Of a stretch of 49,859 bases of DNA, positions 8,482-16,315 are shown piece by piece. A program made the position numbers and the translations under genes. This stretch comes from a virus. The notes beneath the pieces were generated by a model. It was given only the letters and a program-made list of their open reading frames with translations. It had not been told where the DNA came from and made no database searches. The DNA is taken from IMG/VR virus record IMGVR_UViG_3300048791_000020, one strand, 5' to 3'. Every line of letters begins with the position of its first letter. The stretch's first letter is position 1.

Positions 8482-9126
8482 TTACTTCGCCCAAGGCGGC
8501 GTTGTGCTGGCAGCGGGCGGCGCTCCCCCGGTTGGCTGGCCCCAAGGCGGCGCAGCACTCCCCGGCGCAGCGGCGGGCGCTCCCCAAGGCGGCGCTCCCC
8601 CGGCCCCGGCCCCGGCGTCTACAGCGGGCGGCATGGCAGCGGCGGCGGGCGGTGCGGCTCCCCATCCTTGAGCGGCGGGCGCTCCCTGTTGCGGTGCGGG
8701 TTGGTTTCCGCCCTTTTGCGGGTTAACAGGAAGCGAACCGTCTGGACATTTGATCATCTTCACTTCTGAATACTTCGTGTTGTCTAGTTGCGGCCCAATT
8801 GTGCAAATCAACCGTCCGCCAAGCATCTGTTCCGATGTTGCGAGTTGCGGGCGTCCAATTGCGAAGGCATACGCCGCCAATTGTTGAAACGCAATGCGCT
8901 TTGCAACTTCGCTTGGGTTATAGATGTTGAGGCGATCTATTTGAACCATGCCCTTCAGTTCGCCGTCAACGCAAGTCAAGTGAATTGCAAGAAACCCGGC
9001 GTTCGGGTTATCTTTCACTGCGACAGGTTCAACTTTGGTGATTTCGAGTCTGTAATCCGCAAGCGGAAAACAAATACTCCCGCCTTGCGTTGGATCGAAA
9101 TCGAAAGCATTAAATCGAAGTTCCAT
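8482..9126 (-). CDS. DUF669-type phage ssDNA-binding-like protein with P/A/G-rich C-terminal tail
   Basis: N-terminal 130 aa fit the DUF669 pattern (F.F.P...LP..Y...I...E) and lie next to a Sak4/AAA_24 ATPase. The tail is very GC-rich and carries three PPW motifs. Confidence 0.55.
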   Translation of the reverse strand: MELRFNAFDFDPTQGGSICFPLADYRLEITKVEPVAVKDNPNAGFLAIHLTCVDGELKGMVQIDRLNIYNPSEVAKRIAFQQLAAYAFAIGRPQLATSEQMLGGRLICTIGPQLDNTKYSEVKMIKCPDGSLPVNPQKGGNQPAPQQGAPAAQGWGAAPPAAAAMPPAVDAGAGAGGAPPWGAPAAAPGSAAPPWGQPTGGAPPAASTTPPWAK

Positions 9127-9156
9127 TTTTGCTCTCCGTTGTTGGATTGTGAAACG

Positions 9157-9822
9157 TTATGCAGCGGCTTTGATAAACAGCTTTGTTAAGTTTGGTTCTT
9201 CAAGTTCATTCAAATTGCCGCCGCGATCCTTTGCAGTCCACCAATCGGTATCGTGTGTATGAAACGCTTGGTAGACAACGCCGGTTTCTGTTCGGCCATG
9301 ATGAAGATGCAAAACCAAATCCCAAAAATAAGGCAACGCGCTCATCAACTTTTCAGAAGGAATGACGGGGCAAGCCTTTTTGCCCAATCCGAATTCAACG
9401 TACTGTTCCCAACAAATCAAAACAACATGGCGTCCCTTGCTATCGCGGAACGCTCGAATCAATTCATAAACTGAATCTTGCATTGCGCCGTAAGCTTTGC
9501 GAGGGTCTTTTGTTTTTGTTTTTTCTTCTGCAAGAATCACTTGTGCCATTTCCGTTAGCGAATCAAGGAACAGCGTTTGAATGTGTCTCGCTTCGGCGCT
9601 TTTCATGAACCATGTAAACGCTTCTTTCAGGTTGGCATAAGTGTTAATTGGAATGTACGGAATGTTATCTCGCTTCAGTGAAAGCAGTCCGTTTTCGCCG
9701 GAAAAGATGAATGGACCCGGAGCGTTAAGAGCAAGACGAGTTTTACCAACTCCAGATGGGCCATAGACCAATGTTTTAATCCCATCTTTGGCGCTTATTT
9801 TACTTGTACTCAAAACTTGCAA
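9157..9822 (-). CDS. AAA_24 / Sak4-like RecA-fold ATPase (recombination mediator)
   Basis: Walker A VYGPSGVGKT, Walker B-like LFLDSLTE; size ~220 aa; adjacent to the DUF669 gene. Confidence 0.7.
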   Translation of the reverse strand: MQVLSTSKISAKDGIKTLVYGPSGVGKTRLALNAPGPFIFSGENGLLSLKRDNIPYIPINTYANLKEAFTWFMKSAEARHIQTLFLDSLTEMAQVILAEEKTKTKDPRKAYGAMQDSVYELIRAFRDSKGRHVVLICWEQYVEFGLGKKACPVIPSEKLMSALPYFWDLVLHLHHGRTETGVVYQAFHTHDTDWWTAKDRGGNLNELEEPNLTKLFIKAAA

Positions 9823-9825
9823 GAA

Positions 9826-10023
9826 TCACCCTTTCATGACAATTGAACAAATCCCGGCTTCAATACCGCTCATTAAATCGCGGTAATCAGTTGCTCTTTG
9901 ATAACAATTACCGCCTTTGAAAATGGCGCAACCGTCAAGTTCTTTGCGCCTATCAACTCGTTTCCAGATTAGAACCGCCCATTCATACGGGGCCGGGTTC
10001 TGTTTCAATTCGTATTCCATCAT
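9826..10023 (-). CDS. Hypothetical protein (65 aa)
   Basis: ORF-track entry; 4-nt overlap with the upstream gene. Confidence 0.45.
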   Translation of the reverse strand: MMEYELKQNPAPYEWAVLIWKRVDRRKELDGCAIFKGGNCYQRATDYRDLMSGIEAGICSIVMKG

Positions 10024-10433
10024 TCCGCCTTTGGAGGAATAACTTCAAGCGAAGGTTTCCCCGGCTTAATTGTCAAACATCCGTCAAAAAGTTTTTGGGT
10101 TTCGTGGTCAAGATTCTTGTAGGCAGTAATTGAAAGAGCAGGTTCCCAACGAATCAATTTCATTTCTCTTACGGCGTCATGACCGATAACGGCGATTACG
10201 GCTTCAACTTGCCCTTCTTTGTTGTTTAGCTTGTAATCGAGTTTTTTGGTCGCCATCAGTTTGTAACCTTGCCCGATTTCAATTGAATCGGTTCCGGAGT
10301 CTTTATCTGCGGCGAACAAGTCTTTTATGAGTTCGTCACGAAGTTTTGATTCCTTTTCTTTTAGTTCGTCCAATTGTTTCTTGGTTACAAACCAATCTGC
10401 GATCTTGGAGCTTTGTTCCGATGTGAGCGGCAT
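10020..10433 (-). CDS. Hypothetical protein, first gene of the leftward replication operon
   Basis: ORF-track entry. No SD upstream; the start lies 7 nt from a -10-like hexamer (see promoter 10441-10470). Confidence 0.5.
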   Translation of the reverse strand: MPLTSEQSSKIADWFVTKKQLDELKEKESKLRDELIKDLFAADKDSGTDSIEIGQGYKLMATKKLDYKLNNKEGQVEAVIAVIGHDAVREMKLIRWEPALSITAYKNLDHETQKLFDGCLTIKPGKPSLEVIPPKAE

Positions 10434-10440
10434 AGGGGCG

Positions 10441-10470
10441 ACAATAGCGCGGCGGGCCGGGGTGTGTCAA
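10441..10470 (-). promoter_or_regulatory. Sigma70-like promoter candidate for the leftward replication operon (possibly leaderless)
   Basis: Minus strand reads CTTGACA-N18-TATTGT, then CGCCCCT, then ATG (10433). Confidence 0.35.
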
Positions 10471-10521
10471 GTCTTATTTTTCTCTTGTTTTTTCCAATTT
10501 CTTCGAGTATCTTTGCATCTT

Positions 10522-11004
10522 ATGCAAAAACTCCAGTTTCACGAATTCAGGTTGCTTCCCGCCAAATCGGGGGTATATGTTGTCTTTGCGGGATCAACGG
10601 CTCTTTATGTGGGTTCGAGTAAAAATCTAAAAAAAAGATTCGAAACACATAAAAAGCGGAAACAAATGTCGACGTTAAATGCCGATACAATTCAATTTGA
10701 ATTGTGCTCAATCAAAGACCTTTCCTCAGTCGAAATGAAAACAATTTATGAGCACAAACCAACATTGAACGGTATTGTCGGGCGTCCTTTGAATGAAACA
10801 AAAGATGAGTTAGGAACTTTCATGTCGGGAAAATTTTCAGTGACACTCGAATTATCTAGCGAAGAAATCGAAAAGGTTGAAAAGGCTAGGGAGTATTTGA
10901 AGGAAAGTCTTCGTTTAACCTATGTTGGAAAAAGTTCTGCTGTTCGATTCCTCATTAGACAATCCGCAGTACCTTTGATTTCAGAACAGACGCAACAACG
11001 ATAA
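10522..11004 (+). CDS. GIY-YIG domain protein (short, no obvious DNA-binding extension)
   Basis: SGVYVVFAGSTALYVGSSKNLKKRFETH ... E.K.IYEHKPTLNG. Start taken at ATG 10522 within listed ORF 10327..11004. Confidence 0.6.
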   Translation: MQKLQFHEFRLLPAKSGVYVVFAGSTALYVGSSKNLKKRFETHKKRKQMSTLNADTIQFELCSIKDLSSVEMKTIYEHKPTLNGIVGRPLNETKDELGTFMSGKFSVTLELSSEEIEKVEKAREYLKESLRLTYVGKSSAVRFLIRQSAVPLISEQTQQR

Positions 11005-11019
11005 CAGGAAGGCGCTTGT

Positions 11020-13317
11020 ATGTCTGTTGCTGAACTTGCGGCGTTGCCGCAATGGGTTGTTACTTACATTCTCGATAAGATTCCGCTAGACCCTAAATCG
11101 GGCTTGCGAGCGGCGGTTGACGATCCTTCAACATGGGGAACGTTTGAAATTGCTTCAGCTTGTCTTGCTAATCATCCGGGGTTAACGTTGGGCTTCGTGT
11201 TGACTCCCGAAGACCCTTATGTATGTATTGATCTTGATACCTACAAAACAAATGATCCGGCGATCATTCAACGCCACAAAGATATTTACGAAGCCTTCAA
11301 TTCATATTCAGAACTTTCGCCCAAAGGTGGCGTTCACATTTGGGTTAAGGGTCAATTAAGCGCTGGCAAAAAACTTTCCAAAGAATTCATTGAAGTTTAC
11401 TCGTTTTCTCGTTACATAACCATAACAGGCAAGGTTGTAAACCCGGCCCCAATCACTGAACGTCAAAATGAATTGGAAGCTTTGGTTGGACATATTGAAA
11501 CAGCGGTTGCCTCAAGTTGGGTTGGAGCGGCCCAAACGAAAACCGATGAAGAAATTTGTAAACTTGCAGCCGGGGCAAGCAATGGAAATCTGTTTATGCG
11601 GCTTTGGTATGGTGATTGGGCCGGAATGAATTACCCAAGCCAAAGCGAAGGCGATTTAGCATTTCTAAATATCGTTGCGTTTTACACAGACAACAAAGAA
11701 CAAGTTGCGCGAATCTATTTCAACTCGCCATTGTTCCAGAATTCACCAAAGCGCAAACGCAAGGCTAGACCCGATTATTTGTTTCATGAAAAATATGGAC
11801 TGATCACTAAGGCTTTTGATCAAAAGAATTACTTCCCTGAATTAGAAGCGATGGTTAAGGCTCATGTTGACGCTAAGGTTACTGAACAGCTTGCAACACC
11901 TATCCTAAAAGATTTTGACATTAAAGATTCAATCCGCGAATCGCTTCCTCAATTCATCAAAGAACCGCTGAACGAATTTTCCTTCAATGAACTTCCCCCC
12001 GGATTATTGGGCGATATTGCAGTTTTCATTTATCAAAATGCTGTTCGACCCGTTAAAGAAATTGCAATCGCCGGGGCTATTGCTTATCTTGCTGGAATTG
12101 CCGGTAAAGCTTACAACATTTCGCGAACAGGCTTAAATCATTACATCGCTATATTGGCCCCAACGGCGGGCGGCAAGGAAGGCGCTGCCAGTGGAATGGA
12201 AATGCTAACCAATGCAGTTCTTGAACTGTTGCCCGCTTTCGAACAATTCATCGGACCCGCTGAAATCGCAAGCCCGCAAGCTTTAATCAAACATCTTTCC
12301 GTTTCTTCTCCATGCTTCTATTCGCACAAAGGCGAAATTGGATTTTGGATGCAAAAGTTAACATCGAAGTATGCGAAGGCTAACGAAACAGCACTTCGCG
12401 GTTTGCTGTTGGATTTGTATACCAAATCAGGTTATGGACAGGTGGTTAGAGGATCAATCTATTCTGACAAAACAAAAGACGTTCATGCAATTAAGGCTCC
12501 ATCTTTCACTTTGATTGGCGATGCAACTCCGGATACATTTTATCGTGCATTGGATGAAGAAAATATCGAAGAAGGCTTGGTTGCGCGATTCACAGTTGTT
12601 GAAGCATCCGGGGATCGGGTTCCGCATAATGAATTGCATGGACAAATTAAGCCCGATAAAAAAATGACTCACATTATCGCGGGGATCGCAAGGCGAGCGC
12701 TACAGCTTGCACAGATGAACAACGTAATCAACATTGATGAAACATCAGAAGCACATAAAGAACACATGCGGTTTTCAGAACAGTGTTACGAAATTACTTT
12801 GAAGAACAGGGAATCAGCCGAAGGCAAATTATATTCGCGGGCGCATCTTCGCCTGTTGCGGCTCGCCGGGTTGATTGCTGTAGGCATTAATCCGGATAAT
12901 CCAGTTGTAACGCTTGAATGTGTTCAATGGGCCAAGAAATTTATTGTGTATGGAATTTCTTGTGTTGTTACAAGATTTGAAACCGGGCGAGTTGGGGATA
13001 TTAACTATTCAATCGAACAGCGCATGTCAATCATGAATGTTTTGAAGCGCTATTTGAAAGAAGGATACAAACCGACATATTACAAGTCTTACCAAATCGA
13101 CGAAGCGATGTATAACGCCAAGATCACAACCAATAAGTACATTCAAGCAAATGTAATTCATCATTCAGCGTTTCGGAAAGATCACCATTCTAATCAAGCG
13201 TTCAAACAAATGATTCAAGAGTACGTTGACAATGGGATTCTTGAACGCATTGATCTTTCTCGAATCAAGGATTCGCCAAGGCGCGGAATTGCATATTACG
13301 TTAGGGATGTGTTCTGA
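11020..13317 (+). CDS. Primase-polymerase (AEP) fused to a DUF3987-like helicase/NTPase domain
   Basis: N-terminus has CIDLD and SPKGGVHIWV (AEP DxD / sGxH motifs). Central LAPTAGGKEGA is P-loop-like. 765 aa. Confidence 0.7.
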   Translation: MSVAELAALPQWVVTYILDKIPLDPKSGLRAAVDDPSTWGTFEIASACLANHPGLTLGFVLTPEDPYVCIDLDTYKTNDPAIIQRHKDIYEAFNSYSELSPKGGVHIWVKGQLSAGKKLSKEFIEVYSFSRYITITGKVVNPAPITERQNELEALVGHIETAVASSWVGAAQTKTDEEICKLAAGASNGNLFMRLWYGDWAGMNYPSQSEGDLAFLNIVAFYTDNKEQVARIYFNSPLFQNSPKRKRKARPDYLFHEKYGLITKAFDQKNYFPELEAMVKAHVDAKVTEQLATPILKDFDIKDSIRESLPQFIKEPLNEFSFNELPPGLLGDIAVFIYQNAVRPVKEIAIAGAIAYLAGIAGKAYNISRTGLNHYIAILAPTAGGKEGAASGMEMLTNAVLELLPAFEQFIGPAEIASPQALIKHLSVSSPCFYSHKGEIGFWMQKLTSKYAKANETALRGLLLDLYTKSGYGQVVRGSIYSDKTKDVHAIKAPSFTLIGDATPDTFYRALDEENIEEGLVARFTVVEASGDRVPHNELHGQIKPDKKMTHIIAGIARRALQLAQMNNVINIDETSEAHKEHMRFSEQCYEITLKNRESAEGKLYSRAHLRLLRLAGLIAVGINPDNPVVTLECVQWAKKFIVYGISCVVTRFETGRVGDINYSIEQRMSIMNVLKRYLKEGYKPTYYKSYQIDEAMYNAKITTNKYIQANVIHHSAFRKDHHSNQAFKQMIQEYVDNGILERIDLSRIKDSPRRGIAYYVRDVF

Positions 13318-13334
13318 AGATATACAATTGGGAT

Positions 13335-13481
13335 TTACGTACTTGACTCCCGTTTCCTTGATTCCGCATCACTTAGCCTCTTTGTGGATTTCTTTCGTTC
13401 CTTTGGCGGTTTGACCTTCGATTCGGGTCTGTAAGCAAGTACCACATCGACCATTTTGTCGAGGATTTTAGGTGGCTTCAT
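13335..13481 (-). CDS. Small basic ORF (48 aa) at the left edge of the accessory island
   Basis: ATG 13481 overlaps the TGA (13478-13480) of the transposase C-terminal frame (ATGA). Hand translation: MKPPKILDKMVDVVLAYRPESKVKPPKERKKSTKRLSDAESRKRESST*. Confidence 0.3.
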   Translation of the reverse strand: MKPPKILDKMVDVVLAYRPESKVKPPKERKKSTKRLSDAESRKRESST

Positions 13482-14030
13482 TGGATCAACCTCGCGTAGG
13501 TCAGACGCTTGCCGTCAACCGCTTTGATGAAGCTGTCGAGCCGGTCCAGCGTGTGAATCTTCACATCCCCTTCATTCAGGCGGAAGGTGAATTCGTCAAC
13601 GTAGCGATGCAGATGCTTGGGGCTGGCATGGTGGTAGACGCCGTACATGCCGCGCTTCATCACCGCCGCAAGCCTCACAAAGACGGTGAAGCATGAACCA
13701 TACCGATTTCTGTTGAACACCGATTTCTTTGGCGATCTGCATGGAAGAGATGCCCTTGCGGGCCGTGACGAGCAGGTACATGACATACAGCCACTTATGG
13801 AGCGGGATGTGCGACCGCTCGAAGATGGTTCCTGTACGAATCGTGAAGTCAAGTTGGCATTTGTTGCAACGATGGAAACCAGCCTTGCGTGGCGTGATGC
13901 GGTCCTGACCGGCGCAGGTTGGGCAGGTGACGCCCTTGGGCCAGAGACGGCTTTCGAGGTAGACTCGCGCCGTTTCCTCATCGGGAAACATCTGGAACAG
14001 CTTGAAGGTGCTGATAGTCGATCTGCTCAT
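13478..14030 (-). pseudogene. IS1595-family transposase remnant (internal deletion plus frame change)
   Basis: Frame A (13596..14030) gives the Zn-ribbon/HTH part: CPTC..RCNKC..IPLHKWLYVMYL..SSMQIAKEIGV.QKS.WFMLHR. Frame B (13478..~13690) gives the C-terminal signature KRGMYGVYHHASPKHLHRYVDEFTFRLN. No DDE core lies between them. Confidence 0.7.
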
Positions 14031-14037
14031 GGTGAGG

Positions 14038-14068
14038 GGCTTTCTGGCGGGTTACGTACCGCCCGAGG
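14038..14068 (-). repeat. 31-nt direct repeat, copy 1 (GGCTTTCTGGCGGGTTACGTACCGCCCGAGG on +), 7 nt upstream of the transposase ATG
   Basis: Identical to 14662-14692. Contains the hairpin GGCGG-N8-CCGCC around TACGTA. Confidence 0.9.
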
Positions 14069-14088
14069 TTACCAACCTCACGCTCCAC

Positions 14089-14337
14089 TTACCGTGGATG
14101 CGGCGCGGCGGAGGTTAGGCTAGGCTCGAAATCGTCCTCATCTTCGGCAACGAGCTGGCCGGTCATTGATTGAGATTCGTGGTCACGGTCCCGAAGGTAA
14201 TCTGCCTCATCCATGAGGAAATCAACACGAGCGCGGGGAGCGGGCGGCTTGATGCGCCGCCCAAACTCCGTTCGCAATAAATCATCGGGGATGGTGGAAA
14301 GATCCCATTGAGAGCGGTAAGCGTTCGCCTTCTTCAT
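14089..14337 (-). CDS. 82-aa protein with WDLSTIPDD..E.GRR N-terminus and acidic C-terminus (paralogue of 14450..14656)
   Basis: ORF track. Shared motif QWDLSTIPDDLLRTEFGRR versus GWDLSTIPDDAWASEHGRR. Confidence 0.5.
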   Translation of the reverse strand: MKKANAYRSQWDLSTIPDDLLRTEFGRRIKPPAPRARVDFLMDEADYLRDRDHESQSMTGQLVAEDEDDFEPSLTSAAPHPR

Positions 14338-14341
14338 GAGA

Positions 14342-14428
14342 TCACCATTGGAGAGCGAAGCCGATTAAAAAGCCAGCCAAACTCAAGACAACGACAATCT
14401 TCCAATTCCAATTGCCTAACCGATCCAT
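14342..14428 (-). CDS. 28-aa hydrophobic peptide
   Basis: Hand translation: MDRLGNWNWKIVVVLSLAGFLIGFALQW*. Strong SD GGAGGGG lies 8 nt upstream. The stop TGA is 4 nt (TCTC) before the next ATG (14337). Confidence 0.4.
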   Translation of the reverse strand: MDRLGNWNWKIVVVLSLAGFLIGFALQW

Positions 14429-14449
14429 ATTCAACCCCTCCACTCGAAG

Positions 14450-14656
14450 TTACGGTTCTTTGTTCGGCCATTTTGTACCGCAGTTACGACAAGGCTTTCG
14501 GCGCTCTCTTGCATTCATAGCAAGTCCGCAAACATTACAGAATTCAATTTTTTCATTGGTGGCTTGCGGCCCCTTAGCGCGGTTCCGGCGGCCATGCTCG
14601 CTCGCCCAGGCATCATCGGGGATGGTGGACAAGTCCCAACCGGGCGAGTATTTCAT
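14450..14656 (-). CDS. 68-aa protein with WDLSTIPDD motif and C-terminal CxxC...CxxC zinc-ribbon-like motif
   Basis: ORF track. CNVCG....(x)....CRNCG. Preceded by the 31-nt repeat. Confidence 0.5.
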   Translation of the reverse strand: MKYSPGWDLSTIPDDAWASEHGRRNRAKGPQATNEKIEFCNVCGLAMNARERRKPCRNCGTKWPNKEP

Positions 14657-14661
14657 CGGGA

Positions 14662-14692
14662 GGCTTTCTGGCGGGTTACGTACCGCCCGAGG
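14662..14692 (-). repeat. 31-nt direct repeat, copy 2, 5 nt upstream of the ATG of the 68-aa ORF
   Basis: Identical to 14038-14068. Confidence 0.9.
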
Positions 14693-14717
14693 CTATTCTC
14701 GAAATGGAGATTTATGC

Positions 14718-14990
14718 CTAACATTCGTAGTTGTGGGTATGCGGCATACTTGCGGCCAAGTATGCAAAGTCCGGCACTCCAACCTTCGGACTCATACGGT
14801 TTGCCATGCTTTGAATGTGCCCGTCAACAATGCCCTCCCAATCGGGATACACTGCGATGCGCAACTGAGCGATAGATGGGGCTGTATCTTTCTCGTCGAT
14901 CCTCAGATATTCCTCATAGTTGCTCATCCCTGCCAGCATGACGAGAAAATCCTGCTTCAGTCTTAGTCGTGTTCTCTGTTGTTCAGTCAT
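14718..14990 (-). CDS. Hypothetical protein (90 aa)
   Basis: ORF track; GGAG lies ~11 nt upstream of ATG 14990. Confidence 0.45.
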   Translation of the reverse strand: MTEQQRTRLRLKQDFLVMLAGMSNYEEYLRIDEKDTAPSIAQLRIAVYPDWEGIVDGHIQSMANRMSPKVGVPDFAYLAASMPHTHNYEC

Positions 14991-15115
14991 TTTTCATTCT
15001 CCATGAGGCTGGTAGCCTCTGATGTTTCTAAGGTAGTTGATTCCCTCACGAAAGTCAAGAGGTATTTTGTGGAAATCTCAAATAAAGGGAGTCAAAGACA
15101 TAATTCCCAAAATTT

Positions 15116-15145
15116 AGGTTACATTTGTAATGTAGAACGTAACCT
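15116..15145 (-). terminator. Hairpin / terminator candidate separating early genes from the island
   Basis: AGGTTAC (15116-15122) pairs with GTAACCT (15139-15145). On the minus strand it is followed by AAATTTTGGG. Confidence 0.4.
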
Positions 15146-15155
15146 AAAAGTGTTA

Positions 15156-15287
15156 CTAAATCCTTTCACTCCAAATTTTATCACATTTCGGGCATTGAAA
15201 TTGATAATAACGCCCATATTGGAACACCGGAATCCAATAGCCTTGGTGAAGCAACCAACACTTGAAGTCTTCAAACAAGCTTTTCAT
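15156..15287 (-). CDS. Small ORF (43 aa)
   Basis: ATG 15287 overlaps the TGA of the upstream gene (ATGA). Hand translation: MKSLFEDFKCWLLHQGYWIPVFQYGRYYQFQCPKCDKIWSERI*. Confidence 0.4.
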   Translation of the reverse strand: MKSLFEDFKCWLLHQGYWIPVFQYGRYYQFQCPKCDKIWSERI

Positions 15288-15499
15288 TTCCTCTTGCCTT
15301 TCTTTTCGTTGCGGCGTTGTTGCGCTTGCTGTAATTTGATCGCATCACCAAGCCTGATTTCTTTAATGATTTTTTGAATGAGCGCAGCGGCTTGATATTG
15401 CGATTGCATGTATGGCTGTGGAACGTTTGTAATCACGATATACGCTCCAATCCGTTCAAGTTTTGGGATCGATGGATTACTCATTCTGTTTGACTCCAA
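15284..15499 (-). CDS. Hypothetical protein (71 aa)
   Basis: ORF track; overlaps its neighbours in operon fashion. Confidence 0.5.
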   Translation of the reverse strand: MESNRMSNPSIPKLERIGAYIVITNVPQPYMQSQYQAAALIQKIIKEIRLGDAIKLQQAQQRRNEKKGKRK

Positions 15500-15714
15500 T
15501 CAATTGCATCCGCATCTTCTTTAGTATTACCAAACGGGCGATTAGAAATATTTGGCGTACTTATTTCAACAATGTGTTGATGGATTAACGGCATGAATTG
15601 CGCCATTGGAATCAAATTGGATTCAGTTGCACAACTTGGACAACGAATTGCCGAATCAATGAAGCATTGACAGTTTTCGCACCAATAAGCTTCATCCAAA
15701 TGAATGTGTATCAT
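15481..15714 (-). CDS. Zinc-ribbon protein (77 aa)
   Basis: CENCQC ... CPSC motif pair. Confidence 0.5.
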   Translation of the reverse strand: MIHIHLDEAYWCENCQCFIDSAIRCPSCATESNLIPMAQFMPLIHQHIVEISTPNISNRPFGNTKEDADAIDWSQTE

Positions 15715-16274
15715 TTCGCTTCCTCCGCTCTGCGTCTGTTCTTGATCGCAACTTCAGCTTGAATCTTCTTTTGCAATTGTAATCTTTTTGGTAATGCTTT
15801 CCAAATTGCTTCAGTCAATCCGTAGAATTCCAAGATTACAGGAAGGGGTTGATGAACAGCATTTCCGCGAAGCTTGCGCGGGTCGCCTTCATTGTATTGC
15901 AAATCAATCAAGGTTGCATCGATTTGCTCTTGGGTTGCGAGCATTTCAGCAAGATAAGCGTTGGGGTCTTTTGCTTCAGCCTTCTGGAGTCTATAGCCTT
16001 CCAGCTTTTCGCGCAACCAAACAAGCTTATCGAATGCAGCGCTTTTGCGTTGAACTGGTTTCGGCTCTGGATTATGCCAGATGGTCAACGATCCATCTTT
16101 GTTCTTGTGGCATTGTAGGTAAATGCTGAATTGAGTATTAAGCCTTGAAACTGTTATACGAGTCCAACCTTCGCCCCAAGCTTCCAACATATCTTTTGAA
16201 ATAATTATGTGATAGGTTGGCGACATTTTGTGCAATTGCAACGCAACGAATTGTGTTGAGCGGGGGATATTCAT
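15711..16274 (-). CDS. Hypothetical protein, first gene of the leftward early operon
   Basis: ORF track, 187 aa, basic C-terminus; downstream of promoter 16316-16345. Confidence 0.55.
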   Translation of the reverse strand: MNIPRSTQFVALQLHKMSPTYHIIISKDMLEAWGEGWTRITVSRLNTQFSIYLQCHKNKDGSLTIWHNPEPKPVQRKSAAFDKLVWLREKLEGYRLQKAEAKDPNAYLAEMLATQEQIDATLIDLQYNEGDPRKLRGNAVHQPLPVILEFYGLTEAIWKALPKRLQLQKKIQAEVAIKNRRRAEEAK

Positions 16275-16315
16275 TTTGGAAGCCTTTCTTCAGCAACTTT
16301 ACCATAGAAACGTTG

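Noticed and set aside
8302-8769. Listed ORFs 8302..8769(+), 8462..8665(-) and 8502..8726(+) with Arg/Pro/Gly-rich products.
   Set aside because: They are alternative-frame or antisense readings of the very GC-rich P/A/G tail of the DUF669 gene, with no independent start signals.
13647-14966. Plus-strand ORFs 13647..14123, 14412..14966 and 14564..14875 that share LSGGLRTARGY.
   Set aside because: The shared peptide is simply the 31-nt direct repeat read in the plus frame. These ORFs are antisense to the better-supported minus-strand genes (transposase motifs, SD sites, ATGA couplings).
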